IMG/VR virus record: IMGVR_UViG_3300047548_001519
Span: 1 to 62,839 of that record
Source: a virus
Lineage: Duplodnaviria > Caudoviricetes
DNA length: 62,839 nt
Direction: 5' to 3' (one strand)
The notes under the pieces are model-generated. The model was not told the DNA's origin, did not search any database, and saw nothing but the letters and a program-made list of their open reading frames with translations. Position numbers and translations under genes: made by a program. This document shows positions 35,529-46,164 of the stretch, one piece after another (position 1 is the stretch's first letter; each line of letters begins with the position of its first letter).

Positions 35529-37667
35529 TTATTGTGTGCGAGCGCCTGACTTCGATCCTGCAGGACGTCCGCGGCCACGCTTTTCGGTTGGTTTAACTTC
35601 TGCTGCTCCGTCATCCTCTCCATCCATCTTGCCAAGAACTTCCATTTTATGGCCTTGAGGAGTATGAGTCACTTTACGTCCTGTTCCATCAGGAGTAATG
35701 GTGGTAAACGTAGCTTTTCCACTGGTATATTTATCATCAACAACTTTATGACCGGCTTTACGGTGAGACTTGATCTTATCCATAAAATCGCTGTAGGAAA
35801 TCATGGCTTCTTCGAGATCAATGTCTTCTTTGACTTGTTTAATGTTTTTCTTATCTAATTGAATTGACTTGGAACGAGCTGTCGATGCATCGTAGTCATA
35901 ATCTACGGTATACGTTTTTGGCGCACCTTTATAGAGACCATGACGAATCTCACCAACTCTACCAGTCTTACCGTGATAATCATTGCCTGGGGAGTGAATG
36001 GTAACTTTAGAACCTAGCTTGATTGCTTCTTCGAGATCGACTTCTTCCTTCGCCATTTTCTCACTAGCTTTCATCATTCCACTGAAACGTTTAGCAGCTT
36101 TAGCTTTTGCTTCTTCACCTGGTTTAATTAAGTTGGCAAGGTTCTCTTTTGCGGCCTTACCCATGTAGCTTTTCAACGTGTCTTTTGAAAGCTCATCAAT
36201 CTGCTCAACTTCTTCCTTAGCCATTTCTTTTTTGGTTTTTTGAACAGCCATACGAGCAAGATGTTTCACCTTCGACATTTCTGTGTGTTTAGCGCCAGAC
36301 TTATCTGTCACTGGAGAAGGCTCAGATTTCTTCCATTTTTCTTCTTTTTTCCAGGCTTCAGCTTCATCAAGATCTATCTCTTCTTTTTTAACACCACGAC
36401 CAACCATAACGTCAGCGTGTGTAATCTTGTCTTTTGGTTCAGCAAGAGCAGCAAGAGATTTCTCTTTAGCAGTCTTAGGAATGGTGTGTGGCTTGTCTTC
36501 TTCAGACATTTTGCGTTTGTGGTTGTTGTGATACTCAGCGTGCATGACTTTAACTTTCTCAGTCATTACACGACGAACAGTACCACCAAAGTCAACATCA
36601 TACCACTCGATCAAGCCATTTGCATCTGGCTCAGCATGTGATCCTTCAACCACAAAGCCCTCACCAAAACGCTCTGAGTAAACGTGCTTAGCGCAGTAGT
36701 GCATACCTTCGGTTTCTTCTTTGGTCAGCTTGCTGGTTGCAGTAGCAATGCCTTTTAGACGCTTGTCGATTTTGCTACCGGAAACGTTTGCGGCTGTTTT
36801 GCTCTTGCCCACTTGAGCGCGACCCAGCATATTACCGTGGCGTGCAACATCCATAGCAGCAGCGTTGATGTAGTTTTGCTTAGCAGCAGTGCTAATCTCG
36901 TCGAGCTCTTCAGCTTCTTCAGCAACTTTCTTAGCGGTAGCTGTTGCAATGGCCATTTTCTTGCTCATTGGCATATCAGGATTTTCGCGCTCGATTGCCT
37001 TAGCAACTTCTTCGCGCTTTTTCATTTCAGCTGGGGTCAGCTTTTTTTCTTCCAGACCTGACCTAAAATCTGCCTTGCCTTCAATGGCGGCAAGGTACTG
37101 TTCCATTGATGACATGGTGTCTCCTTGTTGTTCTTCATTTAAACTTTTATGGTAATCTACAGCTGCATCTTTAGCATCTTTGAAATTATAGGCTTTTTTA
37201 ACACGCTTACCATTGTGACGAACTGCATACCCAAACGTCGATCCATCTAAAGTTATACCTGTAGGGGATCCTTGAAAATGTAATTCATGTTCAGCCGAAG
37301 ATGTCCCTAAATTATTACCTTGCCACTGACGACCGGTTTTTCTCTTAAATGAATAAGTCTCATCAATCTGCTCGACCTCTTCTTGAACCTTTACGGTATC
37401 AACTTTAGCGTACTTGTTGCTCTTGGCCATTTTGTAATGCATATCCATGGCTTGTTTCTTAGTTGGATATTTTGCAGATCTAAACGTCTCACCTTCTTTT
37501 GTCTTTGCGACAACTTGGTGAGCTTCTTCAATTTCAGTTTCTTCTTTTTTCAAGGCTGGACACGTACCACCTTGCGAAGGAGGAACATGGACTGTTCCAC
37601 AACGACTACAATAAGTCGCTTTTGCTTCAAGTTGCAACGAGGACGTGAGATCCTTAAAAGACTTCAT
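35529..37667 (-). CDS. Probable internal head polyprotein with repeated prohead-protease sites
   Basis: MKSFKDL capsid-targeting-like N-terminus; repeated EEVEQIDE / EE.DL.EA linkers between short modules. Confidence 0.65.
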   Translation of the reverse strand: MKSFKDLTSSLQLEAKATYCSRCGTVHVPPSQGGTCPALKKEETEIEEAHQVVAKTKEGETFRSAKYPTKKQAMDMHYKMAKSNKYAKVDTVKVQEEVEQIDETYSFKRKTGRQWQGNNLGTSSAEHELHFQGSPTGITLDGSTFGYAVRHNGKRVKKAYNFKDAKDAAVDYHKSLNEEQQGDTMSSMEQYLAAIEGKADFRSGLEEKKLTPAEMKKREEVAKAIERENPDMPMSKKMAIATATAKKVAEEAEELDEISTAAKQNYINAAAMDVARHGNMLGRAQVGKSKTAANVSGSKIDKRLKGIATATSKLTKEETEGMHYCAKHVYSERFGEGFVVEGSHAEPDANGLIEWYDVDFGGTVRRVMTEKVKVMHAEYHNNHKRKMSEEDKPHTIPKTAKEKSLAALAEPKDKITHADVMVGRGVKKEEIDLDEAEAWKKEEKWKKSEPSPVTDKSGAKHTEMSKVKHLARMAVQKTKKEMAKEEVEQIDELSKDTLKSYMGKAAKENLANLIKPGEEAKAKAAKRFSGMMKASEKMAKEEVDLEEAIKLGSKVTIHSPGNDYHGKTGRVGEIRHGLYKGAPKTYTVDYDYDASTARSKSIQLDKKNIKQVKEDIDLEEAMISYSDFMDKIKSHRKAGHKVVDDKYTSGKATFTTITPDGTGRKVTHTPQGHKMEVLGKMDGEDDGAAEVKPTEKRGRGRPAGSKSGARTQ

Positions 37668-37668
37668 A

Positions 37669-38118
37669 TTACTCTCCGAATGATTTTGATGTTGCTGTCA
37701 ACATCCAGCCATGCTTGGCATGCGTATCTAAACGACCTGCTAAGAAGTCCATCAGACCTTGATTATTAGCTTGTTCGGCCAAATTAAAAGCAGCATTAAG
37801 ACTTTCAATCACTGATCCGTTTGCTCTTTGCAAAGAAGCAATCATATCTCTAACGCTAACACGTCTTGTTTCATCTTCCGTGCATGTTGTGTTACGTAAC
37901 ACCTCTGCTAAAGAGACAGGACCATATGCATTAATCGCTCTCATCTGTTCAGCAATTGGATCAACGGCTCCATGCAGTTCTTCATAAAGGTCACCAAAGA
38001 ATTCATGGAATTGAGGAAAAAACATTCCTTCAACATTCCAGTGCGAAGCGTGAGCTTTAAAATACATCACCATTGTGTTAGATAAAACAATTTGGAGAGC
38101 TGCTTGTAATGGGTTCAT
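37669..38118 (-). CDS. dps: Dps/ferritin-like protein
   Basis: KAH..HWNVEG..F...H.FF..LY.E.....D.IAE.MR, H.KH.WML. Confidence 0.9.
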   Translation of the reverse strand: MNPLQAALQIVLSNTMVMYFKAHASHWNVEGMFFPQFHEFFGDLYEELHGAVDPIAEQMRAINAYGPVSLAEVLRNTTCTEDETRRVSVRDMIASLQRANGSVIESLNAAFNLAEQANNQGLMDFLAGRLDTHAKHGWMLTATSKSFGE

Positions 38119-38135
38119 TTTTGTTTCCTTTTTTG

Positions 38136-38504
38136 TTACCACATCTTGCATGACCAAAATCTGGCTTTTGTCTTCGGACCTGGATTATCGCAATTATGTC
38201 TTGCTCTGAATGATCTGCGACGTTCTGGGTCGTGCTTTTTTATTGTCATATTAGGATCACCAAAGTTAACTTTTTTGATGTTTCCTGTTTCAGGGTCCTT
38301 CACATATACTTTTGATTTTTTAACATCGCCTTGCATAGGTTTATTTAGCGGAACCTCTCTTCCTTGGTACTCCGCTTCATTAATCTCTTCTTCAGGAATA
38401 CAGTTAGGAACTTCTTTTCCGCCTTTTTTCTTCATTCCAAGTTGATGATATCCCTTCCAACAAGGATCCTCAGCTTCTTTTAGGTACTCTTTGAATGATA
38501 ACAT
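38136..38504 (-). CDS. Conserved T4-like small (probably head-packaged) protein
   Basis: MLSFKEYLKE, PCWKGY...G.KKKGG.EVPNC, KKVNFGD, SFRARHNC...ARFWSC. Confidence 0.7.
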   Translation of the reverse strand: MLSFKEYLKEAEDPCWKGYHQLGMKKKGGKEVPNCIPEEEINEAEYQGREVPLNKPMQGDVKKSKVYVKDPETGNIKKVNFGDPNMTIKKHDPERRRSFRARHNCDNPGPKTKARFWSCKMW

Positions 38505-40318
38505 TAGGTGCTCGCTGCAGGTGTAGGTTGAGACTTTTTGGAGTGACTCAAACGATCGTTTTCAATCTTCTTCACTCTTGGTAACATTCTCATAGCTAAT
38601 CTATCAATAAGAGCTTTGCGTGACTGCAACATTTTCTCAATACGCTCTTTTTCAGCAACTGACATTTTGGATATCGATTTCTTAGCAATTCTTTCTTTCA
38701 ACGTTTTAACTGCCAATCTACGAGCGCGCTTTGTCAATGTCTTAACATCTGACCGGCGCTTGAGAGCAATCTGCATTCTGCGCTCACGCTTTGCTTTTGA
38801 GCGTAAGAAGCGAATTTTGGCTTTCATTCTTTCAAGACGAGACAGAACTTCATTTAAAGCTTCTTCGTTCATTTCCTCTTCTTCGTCTTCAACTTCTTCA
38901 CCAGTTTCAGTATCGACAATCATTAACTCATCTGGATCATAAGCATCCAATACATCCTCTTCATCCTCAAGCTCAGCAGCCATTTTTTCCAACTCATCAT
39001 CAGAAAAATCAACCTCTTCTTTTACATCATTCTGCTTATCGCCATCGCCAAAAACAATTTCATGAGCTCTGTGTTTACGACCTCTTTTATCAGTTTTGTA
39101 ATCGGCTGTTTCAACTTCGTCAACTTCTTCAGCATTGACTTCTTCTGTCTTATAAGCAACTTTCATTCTACGTAGCTGATCTTCAGCTGGGTCGTGCAAG
39201 GAATGACCAACTTGAGTCTGAGGCTGAGTATCGACAACATCCATTTCTGCTGGAGCTAGAGCTGGCTCTACTCCCTTAGGCTGAGACATTCCTGTTCCTA
39301 CAGGTACAATGCCTTTGTTTACTTTCGTGAGTTCAGCATAGTCTTTGAACTTTAAGATACCTTTAGCCAAGTTATACTCCGTATTTTTGTTTACTTCCGT
39401 TGCTTGTTCGTTTACTTGTTTAGATATGACTGATGCATCAATCTTAATACCAACATCGCCAGCTAAAGTGACCATCTTTTTAAGGACAGCGACAAACTCT
39501 GGTGTCATTCTTTTTGATTTGACTTTGCGGAATGCTTGATTAACAGCTTGATCTGGAGACATTGATTCTACTTTTTCAACACCAAGCATATCTGCAATGA
39601 CACGAGCTACCTTAACTTTATCAGATAAACGAATTGTTTTATCGGTTAACTCTTCTTTAATCTGTTGGTCACTATCTGCAACTGCATATTTTTTACGTAA
39701 ATCTTTGTAGGTATCGTAAGCGTCTTTAATTTTACGCATATCAGTAGATTTTACGCCGAGCATAAAAGATCGAGCGTTATCGAGATGCATTTTTGCATTA
39801 TCATGCCTTCCAGCACGATATGCTTTAGAGGCTGCGTTGACCTTCTGAATAAACCTCGTTGCCGATTCATTAATCTGATCACCTTGAGGAATATATGAGT
39901 CTGCCATTTCAGCTCCAGCTGTAGAAGGGGTATATTTTGTTTCCATGTCCTGAAGCTCATGTTCATGCATATGCCAGTAATCCATATGGTGCATAAATTC
40001 ACCAATCTTATGAAGGTGGTTTCTAGCTTCGGCGTGTGCTTGCTTCCATTGGTTTATTTCTTTTTCATCTGGAGCCTTTCCTTGCTCCAGGTGCATATCA
40101 TTCAGCTTCATGTAAGTGTCGGTCGCTTTAAGAGCATGTAATACTCCTTCACGATCCAGGATTTCACCCCGCTTAACTTTCTCAATGGTTGATTGAAAAG
40201 CTTTAGCGGCATCAGCGGAGTGATGAAGATTCTTAGTTGTATACCCCATGAAAGTAATCTCTTCCGGAGCATAACCAGGTTTAACGTCTTCTTTAATTGT
40301 TTCTTTGAATGACTTCAT
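38504..40318 (-). CDS. Probable internal head protein
   Basis: MKSFKETIKE N-terminus, acidic linkers, basic C-terminal domain. Confidence 0.6.
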   Translation of the reverse strand: MKSFKETIKEDVKPGYAPEEITFMGYTTKNLHHSADAAKAFQSTIEKVKRGEILDREGVLHALKATDTYMKLNDMHLEQGKAPDEKEINQWKQAHAEARNHLHKIGEFMHHMDYWHMHEHELQDMETKYTPSTAGAEMADSYIPQGDQINESATRFIQKVNAASKAYRAGRHDNAKMHLDNARSFMLGVKSTDMRKIKDAYDTYKDLRKKYAVADSDQQIKEELTDKTIRLSDKVKVARVIADMLGVEKVESMSPDQAVNQAFRKVKSKRMTPEFVAVLKKMVTLAGDVGIKIDASVISKQVNEQATEVNKNTEYNLAKGILKFKDYAELTKVNKGIVPVGTGMSQPKGVEPALAPAEMDVVDTQPQTQVGHSLHDPAEDQLRRMKVAYKTEEVNAEEVDEVETADYKTDKRGRKHRAHEIVFGDGDKQNDVKEEVDFSDDELEKMAAELEDEEDVLDAYDPDELMIVDTETGEEVEDEEEEMNEEALNEVLSRLERMKAKIRFLRSKAKRERRMQIALKRRSDVKTLTKRARRLAVKTLKERIAKKSISKMSVAEKERIEKMLQSRKALIDRLAMRMLPRVKKIENDRLSHSKKSQPTPAAST

Positions 40319-41087
40319 GGATCCACTTACTCTGTGTTTTGCCGTCTTGATCTTTAACCAACAAATAATTGGTCCCTCTTTTTATTATTTCAAACTGCTC
40401 GCCAGCTGATTCTACAATCTCACCTACGTTATATATTTCACCACGGAAATAACTTTCGCGTAAGGTATCAACAGGTAATGCAATTTGTTCTTTAATTGGG
40501 TCTAATCCCATTCCTCCCCGCACATCATTCATTAGACGTCTAGCGTCAATTGCGCGAACGGTTCCTGGAAGACCTTTTTTAAACTGCTCAAAGTCGCCTT
40601 TTGAGGCTAGTGTTCTCATTTTGGAAGCAGACATTCCAGATGCGTCATCAGCATCAGGGTCACGCTCACCAGCAGAAACGACTTTGACGGAATCAAACTT
40701 AAATTCAGTTCCGTTATATTTTTCTAAAATCTTGGTATACTCTGGAACTCGATCGGATCCAGCAACCATAATTAGATTCTTATATCTTTTATTTAATGAT
40801 TTTACAGCTTCGATAAACGTACGCTCTTGCTCATTAGCACCTTTAAAATTCGTGTTTGGGAACATCAAATTCAAATAATGGAGTTTTCTGTCCACAGAAA
40901 GTGGATTCTTTTTAGCGTCTTGGGTACGGGATGCATAGATGACGTGGTCAGCCTTTGATTGCTGAGCCAGTTTTTTCACCATCTTCACCAATAATAAATG
41001 GCCAGCTGTTGGAGGGTTGAATCTACCAAAAGCAAACACTATAGTTTTTGATGGTAGAGATTCTACCAACTGTCTATATTTTTTCAT
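40293..41087 (-). CDS. Cytidylyltransferase-like (HIGH-family nucleotidyltransferase) protein
   Basis: FGRFNPPTAGH, KNPL...K, MVAGSDR, SAGERDPD, MSASKMR. Confidence 0.8.
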   Translation of the reverse strand: MKKYRQLVESLPSKTIVFAFGRFNPPTAGHLLLVKMVKKLAQQSKADHVIYASRTQDAKKNPLSVDRKLHYLNLMFPNTNFKGANEQERTFIEAVKSLNKRYKNLIMVAGSDRVPEYTKILEKYNGTEFKFDSVKVVSAGERDPDADDASGMSASKMRTLASKGDFEQFKKGLPGTVRAIDARRLMNDVRGGMGLDPIKEQIALPVDTLRESYFRGEIYNVGEIVESAGEQFEIIKRGTNYLLVKDQDGKTQSKWIHEVIQRNN

Positions 41088-41129
41088 TTGACCCATCTAT
41101 GTAAATGTACTGCTATTATTTATAATAAT

Positions 41130-42704
41130 TTACAGGGCAATCTCGGAAACTGTTAATAAAACAGATGGAATTGCTGGACAAAATGCAGTAGCAGCAGGAG
41201 CAACAATACGAACACCGGTATCAGATACTGCCCACATAATCTGGAAATAATCGTTTGGCTGCATCGTAGGAGATATATCCCAAGCAGCAACATCATATAC
41301 GTTATTACCTGTGATCGTTTTTCTAGTAGCAGAGTCTGGAATATCGACGCCGTTTTTACGGAACCAAATCCACACATCTTTGGCACTTGCGCTAGTAGAA
41401 GCTAACTGAATTGAAAATTTAAAATTATACAGTCCAGAATTCTCTGCAATAATATGGGAAGTGTCAGTGCCTATTCTGAACCCGTTTGCAACTTCTGTTG
41501 TATCAAACGTGACTGCTTTTGGAGTGTTAATTTGTGTTTGTATTTGATTAGTTTTATCTGCAAATGTGCCGTAATGTAGTCTTGGGAAGATTGTGGGACG
41601 AACCAGAAGAATACCCGTTGTCGCATCTTTTTTCAACACAGCCGCAACTGATACCACAATTTGTGGAGCGGTTGGTTTGAATTTAGTCATCTTTCCAGGC
41701 AACGTTGGATGAACGTAGAGGATATCCCCTTCGTTCCACACTTCTCCGACATCAGATCCTGTTGTGTTGGTATCACGAACTTTTCCAAGAACAGTCGCTC
41801 GTCCAGTGCTACTGTTCACAATATCTGATGTGACTACACCAACCGTGTATAGAGGAGGGACAGTACCATCAGCAAGATGTGGCACGACTTGTGGAACATA
41901 ATCGCCATTCGAATAGGCACCAGAAAATCTAACCACAGTTCCATTTGTTAGCGTAGACCCGGTATCATTTCTAACTTGGATGTATTGTTCTAATCCTAAT
42001 TGAAGAGTGGTATTATCTTCTTGAATGACGTCCAGACACTTCTCATCTACATTCCAATAAACCGTCCCTGGAAATAGAATATCGTCTCCTGGACCATCTA
42101 GATTAAACTGAAGATAGTCGAGAACACCAATCTCTTGTGCGTTAGGATTATCAAATGTAAACTTGCTGGTTGCTTGATCATACCGCAAATAGCGGCCATT
42201 TTGTATAGAGGAACGATTGATATCGTCGAGATACCGAAGCTTCGTTTCACCAGATCCCGGACCAAGAGCAGCAATTTTCCCTATCGATTGTTCCAGAAAC
42301 TTTATTTTTTCTTGAATCGCTTTGAAATTTGGATCTACTTTGTCAGGGTCTGGTTGTTGAAACGAAGCATTCCGGCGAAGATATTTATCAATTTCTGCTT
42401 GAGAATAGACTTGTGAAGCTGGTTTTACCTCAGGTGTGTCCACCTCTGTAAGCATCTGAGGTTCAACATATTGTCCGTCTTCAAATAGAAACTCACCAAC
42501 AACTTCACGTGTTGGTTCATCTGGAATTACAATTTCCTCTTCAATCCACTCATTTGTTTCTTTTGGTGGATTGGTAGACAAGAATGGGTTGTTGTTTTTA
42601 ATGTCTTCTTGCAAACGGAGCAACAACTTTTTACCAGGATGGTTTTCAATAGCCTGCTTCTTAGCTTCCGCTAACTGAGCTAATAGTTGTTCGAGATCAT
42701 TCAT
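41130..42704 (-). CDS. Putative virion protein with beta-rich C-terminal (C1q/BclA-like) domain
   Basis: GSGE.KL.YLDD linker; SGLYNFKFSIQL, VWIWFRKNG.D, DY.QIMWA; late promoter region. Confidence 0.5.
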   Translation of the reverse strand: MNDLEQLLAQLAEAKKQAIENHPGKKLLLRLQEDIKNNNPFLSTNPPKETNEWIEEEIVIPDEPTREVVGEFLFEDGQYVEPQMLTEVDTPEVKPASQVYSQAEIDKYLRRNASFQQPDPDKVDPNFKAIQEKIKFLEQSIGKIAALGPGSGETKLRYLDDINRSSIQNGRYLRYDQATSKFTFDNPNAQEIGVLDYLQFNLDGPGDDILFPGTVYWNVDEKCLDVIQEDNTTLQLGLEQYIQVRNDTGSTLTNGTVVRFSGAYSNGDYVPQVVPHLADGTVPPLYTVGVVTSDIVNSSTGRATVLGKVRDTNTTGSDVGEVWNEGDILYVHPTLPGKMTKFKPTAPQIVVSVAAVLKKDATTGILLVRPTIFPRLHYGTFADKTNQIQTQINTPKAVTFDTTEVANGFRIGTDTSHIIAENSGLYNFKFSIQLASTSASAKDVWIWFRKNGVDIPDSATRKTITGNNVYDVAAWDISPTMQPNDYFQIMWAVSDTGVRIVAPAATAFCPAIPSVLLTVSEIAL

Positions 42705-43425
42705 TTATTTTTACCAATTTAAAAATTATTGCGTGTTTTTTACTATAATATTCTCTATTTTCTTTTGCAGATTTTGTAAGGTTTGGGTAAATTGAAATAT
42801 ACCCAGCATTTTTTAAAAACATTCGTACATTATTTCCTTCGAAAACCAAATCATTATTAATAAAAAGACGCCAGTTTTTTGTATTACAAATGTAATCTAC
42901 ACCACGAGTTTTTGGATTGGATACGTTTTCCTCAATTAACTTTCTTCCAACACTCCATCCCGTGGGTTGATTGTGAGATAAAACTGACTCGTTGGTTTGT
43001 GGGTTATAGAACCACTTTCTACCAACCATGCTTTTTTTTCTTTTTTCAATTGCTTCGGGAGAATGGGTGTTCTCGTTGTAAGGACAAGTGTTTTTACTTT
43101 TTAAAGTGTTGCTTATTTTAGCCCGTACATCATCGGTCAAATGGTTTCTAGGAGGGGTATCGCCTCCAGGAATTATATTCCATCCTTGATGTTTGTCTGG
43201 TCTATACAGTTTTTCAAGTGCAACAACTTCTTCACGTGTATTACATTCATGCAGAATTATAATTTCAATATCATTATAAATCTCTAAAGCTCGTTTCAAA
43301 TGTGGATTATCATTTCTTGTTTTGTGATTAACAAACCTTTTGATCGGATTGTTGCTGATTCCAATATAACCCTCTGTATAGGGATCGTTAAATTCTTTTC
43401 TTTTTATCCAGTAGACGTATTCCAT
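42697..43425 (-). CDS. Free-standing GIY-YIG-like homing endonuclease
   Basis: YVYWI...EGYIGIS.NP.KR..NH, E..YRP....GWNI.PGG; GATAAATA late promoter inside an RBS-sequestering hairpin upstream. Confidence 0.8.
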   Translation of the reverse strand: MEYVYWIKRKEFNDPYTEGYIGISNNPIKRFVNHKTRNDNPHLKRALEIYNDIEIIILHECNTREEVVALEKLYRPDKHQGWNIIPGGDTPPRNHLTDDVRAKISNTLKSKNTCPYNENTHSPEAIEKRKKSMVGRKWFYNPQTNESVLSHNQPTGWSVGRKLIEENVSNPKTRGVDYICNTKNWRLFINNDLVFEGNNVRMFLKNAGYISIYPNLTKSAKENREYYSKKHAIIFKLVKINE

Positions 43426-43477
43426 AATCTCCTCCTTATTCTTATTTATCACAAGAATAATTTTTAAAGAAGGATTA

Positions 43478-44722
43478 TCAACGAGTTTTGTCAAAACCTT
43501 TAATTATTTCAGCAGAAAAATTGTTGCGTGAAAATTCCATACGATCCACAATCTTTACTGCACCACCCTTTAAGTGATCAATTGCCACAAACCCTTCAAC
43601 GCCAGTTGCTTTGAATCCACTAGCAGTTTTAACAAACGTGTTGATGTGACCAGCCTGATTCATCTTTGCAATGATTGGACCTTTAACATCTGCTATCATA
43701 TTAGATAACTGAAATATTTTTACGATATTTTGCTTATCGTGATTTGCAAAGAACGCAAGAATCTTCTTGCGCTTTTCTTCTTGAGCAGACTTACCCTTCT
43801 CCGTTTTCTTGGTCTCAATCTCTTTCTGATAACGGTCGTAAATCCATTTAAACAAACCATCCACATGCTGAGAAGGGTTGATTTTTACTCCTTCACGGAC
43901 CTTTGTATTGTTGTAAGTCTTGACTAGCATTGAAAGATCGGGATCGTTACTAATTCCATTGATTGTTGCTGCTGGAATTTGATTAAACAATTTACCGATT
44001 GCAGACAACATCTCTGTCACATGCGTTGTTTCTGCTTGAGTGAATGTTGCGGTTCCGGAATAATCTTTATAGTTAGCATCATCCATCCACACCGACGATA
44101 CGTGTGTTAGATGAGTTACAATCGATTTACCAAAAGATGCTTGCATAGTCTCAAATGAATTGCCAGTATACGTTGTATGCCAGACGACTCCTATTTTAGC
44201 TGCACGGATCTTCTTTGCAAGGTCACTCTCATAGGGAACAGCATACACAATTGTATTTGGATGAAAGGTTGTGTATTTTTGACCGTCAATTGTTTCTGTT
44301 TTGAGATCTGCAGCGGTGAACATTAAATCACCCTGAAACACACCAGATTTGATTCCAAGTTTCTTGAACTCAGCGAGAGCAATCTTTAATTTGACAGCCA
44401 GATCGCCCTCTGTATCAACATCAACTTCAGCTGCAGTTTTATATATTTTAGGATTCTTATTGAAAACACCTTTCTTTGCAACAAAGAATTTACCATCAGA
44501 TGGATCCACACCAGCAAAGACAGCAGGAGCACCATCCCACTTCACAGTCGCAGTAACTTTGGAAGCAGAGCTACCAGCTAACATATCACGGAGATCACGA
44601 AGAAAGTTAATTGCCTTTCTTGTGCCATCAACCCCCTCATTGAAGATCAAATCCTCAATGTGCTCCATATGGACGTTCTTTTCTTCGTCCAGCTGTTTGA
44701 TGAATCCTTTTAGAGTTCTCAT
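43478..44722 (-). CDS. Conserved T4-like protein with KxDG nucleotidyltransferase/ligase-like motif (DUF6267-like)
   Basis: KN.H.EH.ED, TVKWDGAPA, FFVAKK, QGDLMF, EGFVA, KIVDR.EFS..NF. Confidence 0.65.
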   Translation of the reverse strand: MRTLKGFIKQLDEEKNVHMEHIEDLIFNEGVDGTRKAINFLRDLRDMLAGSSASKVTATVKWDGAPAVFAGVDPSDGKFFVAKKGVFNKNPKIYKTAAEVDVDTEGDLAVKLKIALAEFKKLGIKSGVFQGDLMFTAADLKTETIDGQKYTTFHPNTIVYAVPYESDLAKKIRAAKIGVVWHTTYTGNSFETMQASFGKSIVTHLTHVSSVWMDDANYKDYSGTATFTQAETTHVTEMLSAIGKLFNQIPAATINGISNDPDLSMLVKTYNNTKVREGVKINPSQHVDGLFKWIYDRYQKEIETKKTEKGKSAQEEKRKKILAFFANHDKQNIVKIFQLSNMIADVKGPIIAKMNQAGHINTFVKTASGFKATGVEGFVAIDHLKGGAVKIVDRMEFSRNNFSAEIIKGFDKTR

Positions 44723-44731
44723 ATTGATATC

Positions 44732-46114
44732 TTAGTAAATTTTAATGAAAAAACCGTTGTCGGTTGATATTTTCTTTGCGCCAGCAATCATATTGTTAAC
44801 AATAGGAGATATTTTATCTGCATTAGTAACAAAGAAATACATCATCTTCAATCCCTGTATTTTCATACACAAAGTCTCTGCATCTGCAAAGTTCTTTTTG
44901 GCGTCTTGGATGAGTACCTCAAATTGAGGCTTTGTGAGTTTGTTATTGAATGTAACTTTAGGTGATTTAATGACGGTTTGGTACCAAGACCAAACCTCAT
45001 TAATTCTAGCTGGAGTAAACGCACCAAAAGGATCAGAAGATGGACCAAAAAATGATATCGACGATATACGACTATCGCCATACTCAGCCATCACCTTATC
45101 CACGACGCCGGTAGGAACCTTACCTACACGTCCCCCGGAGATAGATCCATCGCTTGTAATTTCTGTTTGAGTAATACCGTACCCATGCGGAAACCCTCTA
45201 ACCTGCATCGATATGTCTTTACCCGTATCATTGTTCTTGAATACAAACAACCCAATCTCTTTGCCCTTGAGCGACAAATCGCAATTAAATCTATTAATCG
45301 AAATGTCGTATGGTTTTAAAGCATTAGCTCCAGGCACATTTGTGTATTCAATTTTTGCAGGGATGGTTGTCAGCTGCTTCAAAGATATTGGATACACCAA
45401 TTTCTTTTTGTAAAAATCGTACAATCTTGCATTAAACACTGGCACCAAATCCGCACCATAATCTTTTACAATCTGATTCAATTCTTTGACAACATTATTA
45501 AATTTTGTCTCGTCAACAACCCAGACATCTGCCGGGTTCCAGGAATCTTTTTTCAATTTAGCTTTGGCTACAAAAGAATCAATTACTTTTTTGAATTCGG
45601 ATGTGTCGGTAGCATCGTGGAGGAGGTGGAATTTCGAAATCGAGCTAGGCCTTAATACCTTCTCAACAGCTTCTTTAGTATGATCAAAAGTCATCTTCCA
45701 TGCTTGAAAAGCAACCAAATCATCAATAAAAATTTGCTGCCCAGTATCTTCAGGAGTCTTAATTTTACTCGTTAACGACAACACTGTAGCAAGTTCACCA
45801 GCGTCAGCCAGCTTCTTACCCAAAGCGTTTCTGTTGCTCGTTTGCTTCTTACTTGAAACAATGAACCTAATTTTGGACTCTTTAAACTGCAAATCTAAGT
45901 TTTTACCAACTATTTTTGCTTTAAATTTTTTAGATGGGAATTCGACGTTGCTATCCGTCGTTTTAGCACTAATGTTTATGACGTTCTTTCCTATCTTATA
46001 CGAACTTTCACCAAAAAACGCTTCATCTGGCAGCTTCAATGAAGATAGCTGCTTCTTTGCATCAGCATCTTTAATTACTGCTATAAATTTGGTAAAAGGT
46101 AGTTCGTATGCCAC
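44732..46114 (-). CDS. Hypothetical protein, possible PD-(D/E)xK nuclease
   Basis: DSWNPADVW...ISLK motif; GATAAATA late promoter upstream. Confidence 0.5.
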   Translation of the reverse strand: MAYELPFTKFIAVIKDADAKKQLSSLKLPDEAFFGESSYKIGKNVINISAKTTDSNVEFPSKKFKAKIVGKNLDLQFKESKIRFIVSSKKQTSNRNALGKKLADAGELATVLSLTSKIKTPEDTGQQIFIDDLVAFQAWKMTFDHTKEAVEKVLRPSSISKFHLLHDATDTSEFKKVIDSFVAKAKLKKDSWNPADVWVVDETKFNNVVKELNQIVKDYGADLVPVFNARLYDFYKKKLVYPISLKQLTTIPAKIEYTNVPGANALKPYDISINRFNCDLSLKGKEIGLFVFKNNDTGKDISMQVRGFPHGYGITQTEITSDGSISGGRVGKVPTGVVDKVMAEYGDSRISSISFFGPSSDPFGAFTPARINEVWSWYQTVIKSPKVTFNNKLTKPQFEVLIQDAKKNFADAETLCMKIQGLKMMYFFVTNADKISPIVNNMIAGAKKISTDNGFFIKIY

Positions 46115-46164
46115 ATTAATTCCTAAAGGTGAAATTCATCTTGTATTTATCCGAAAGAAACATC

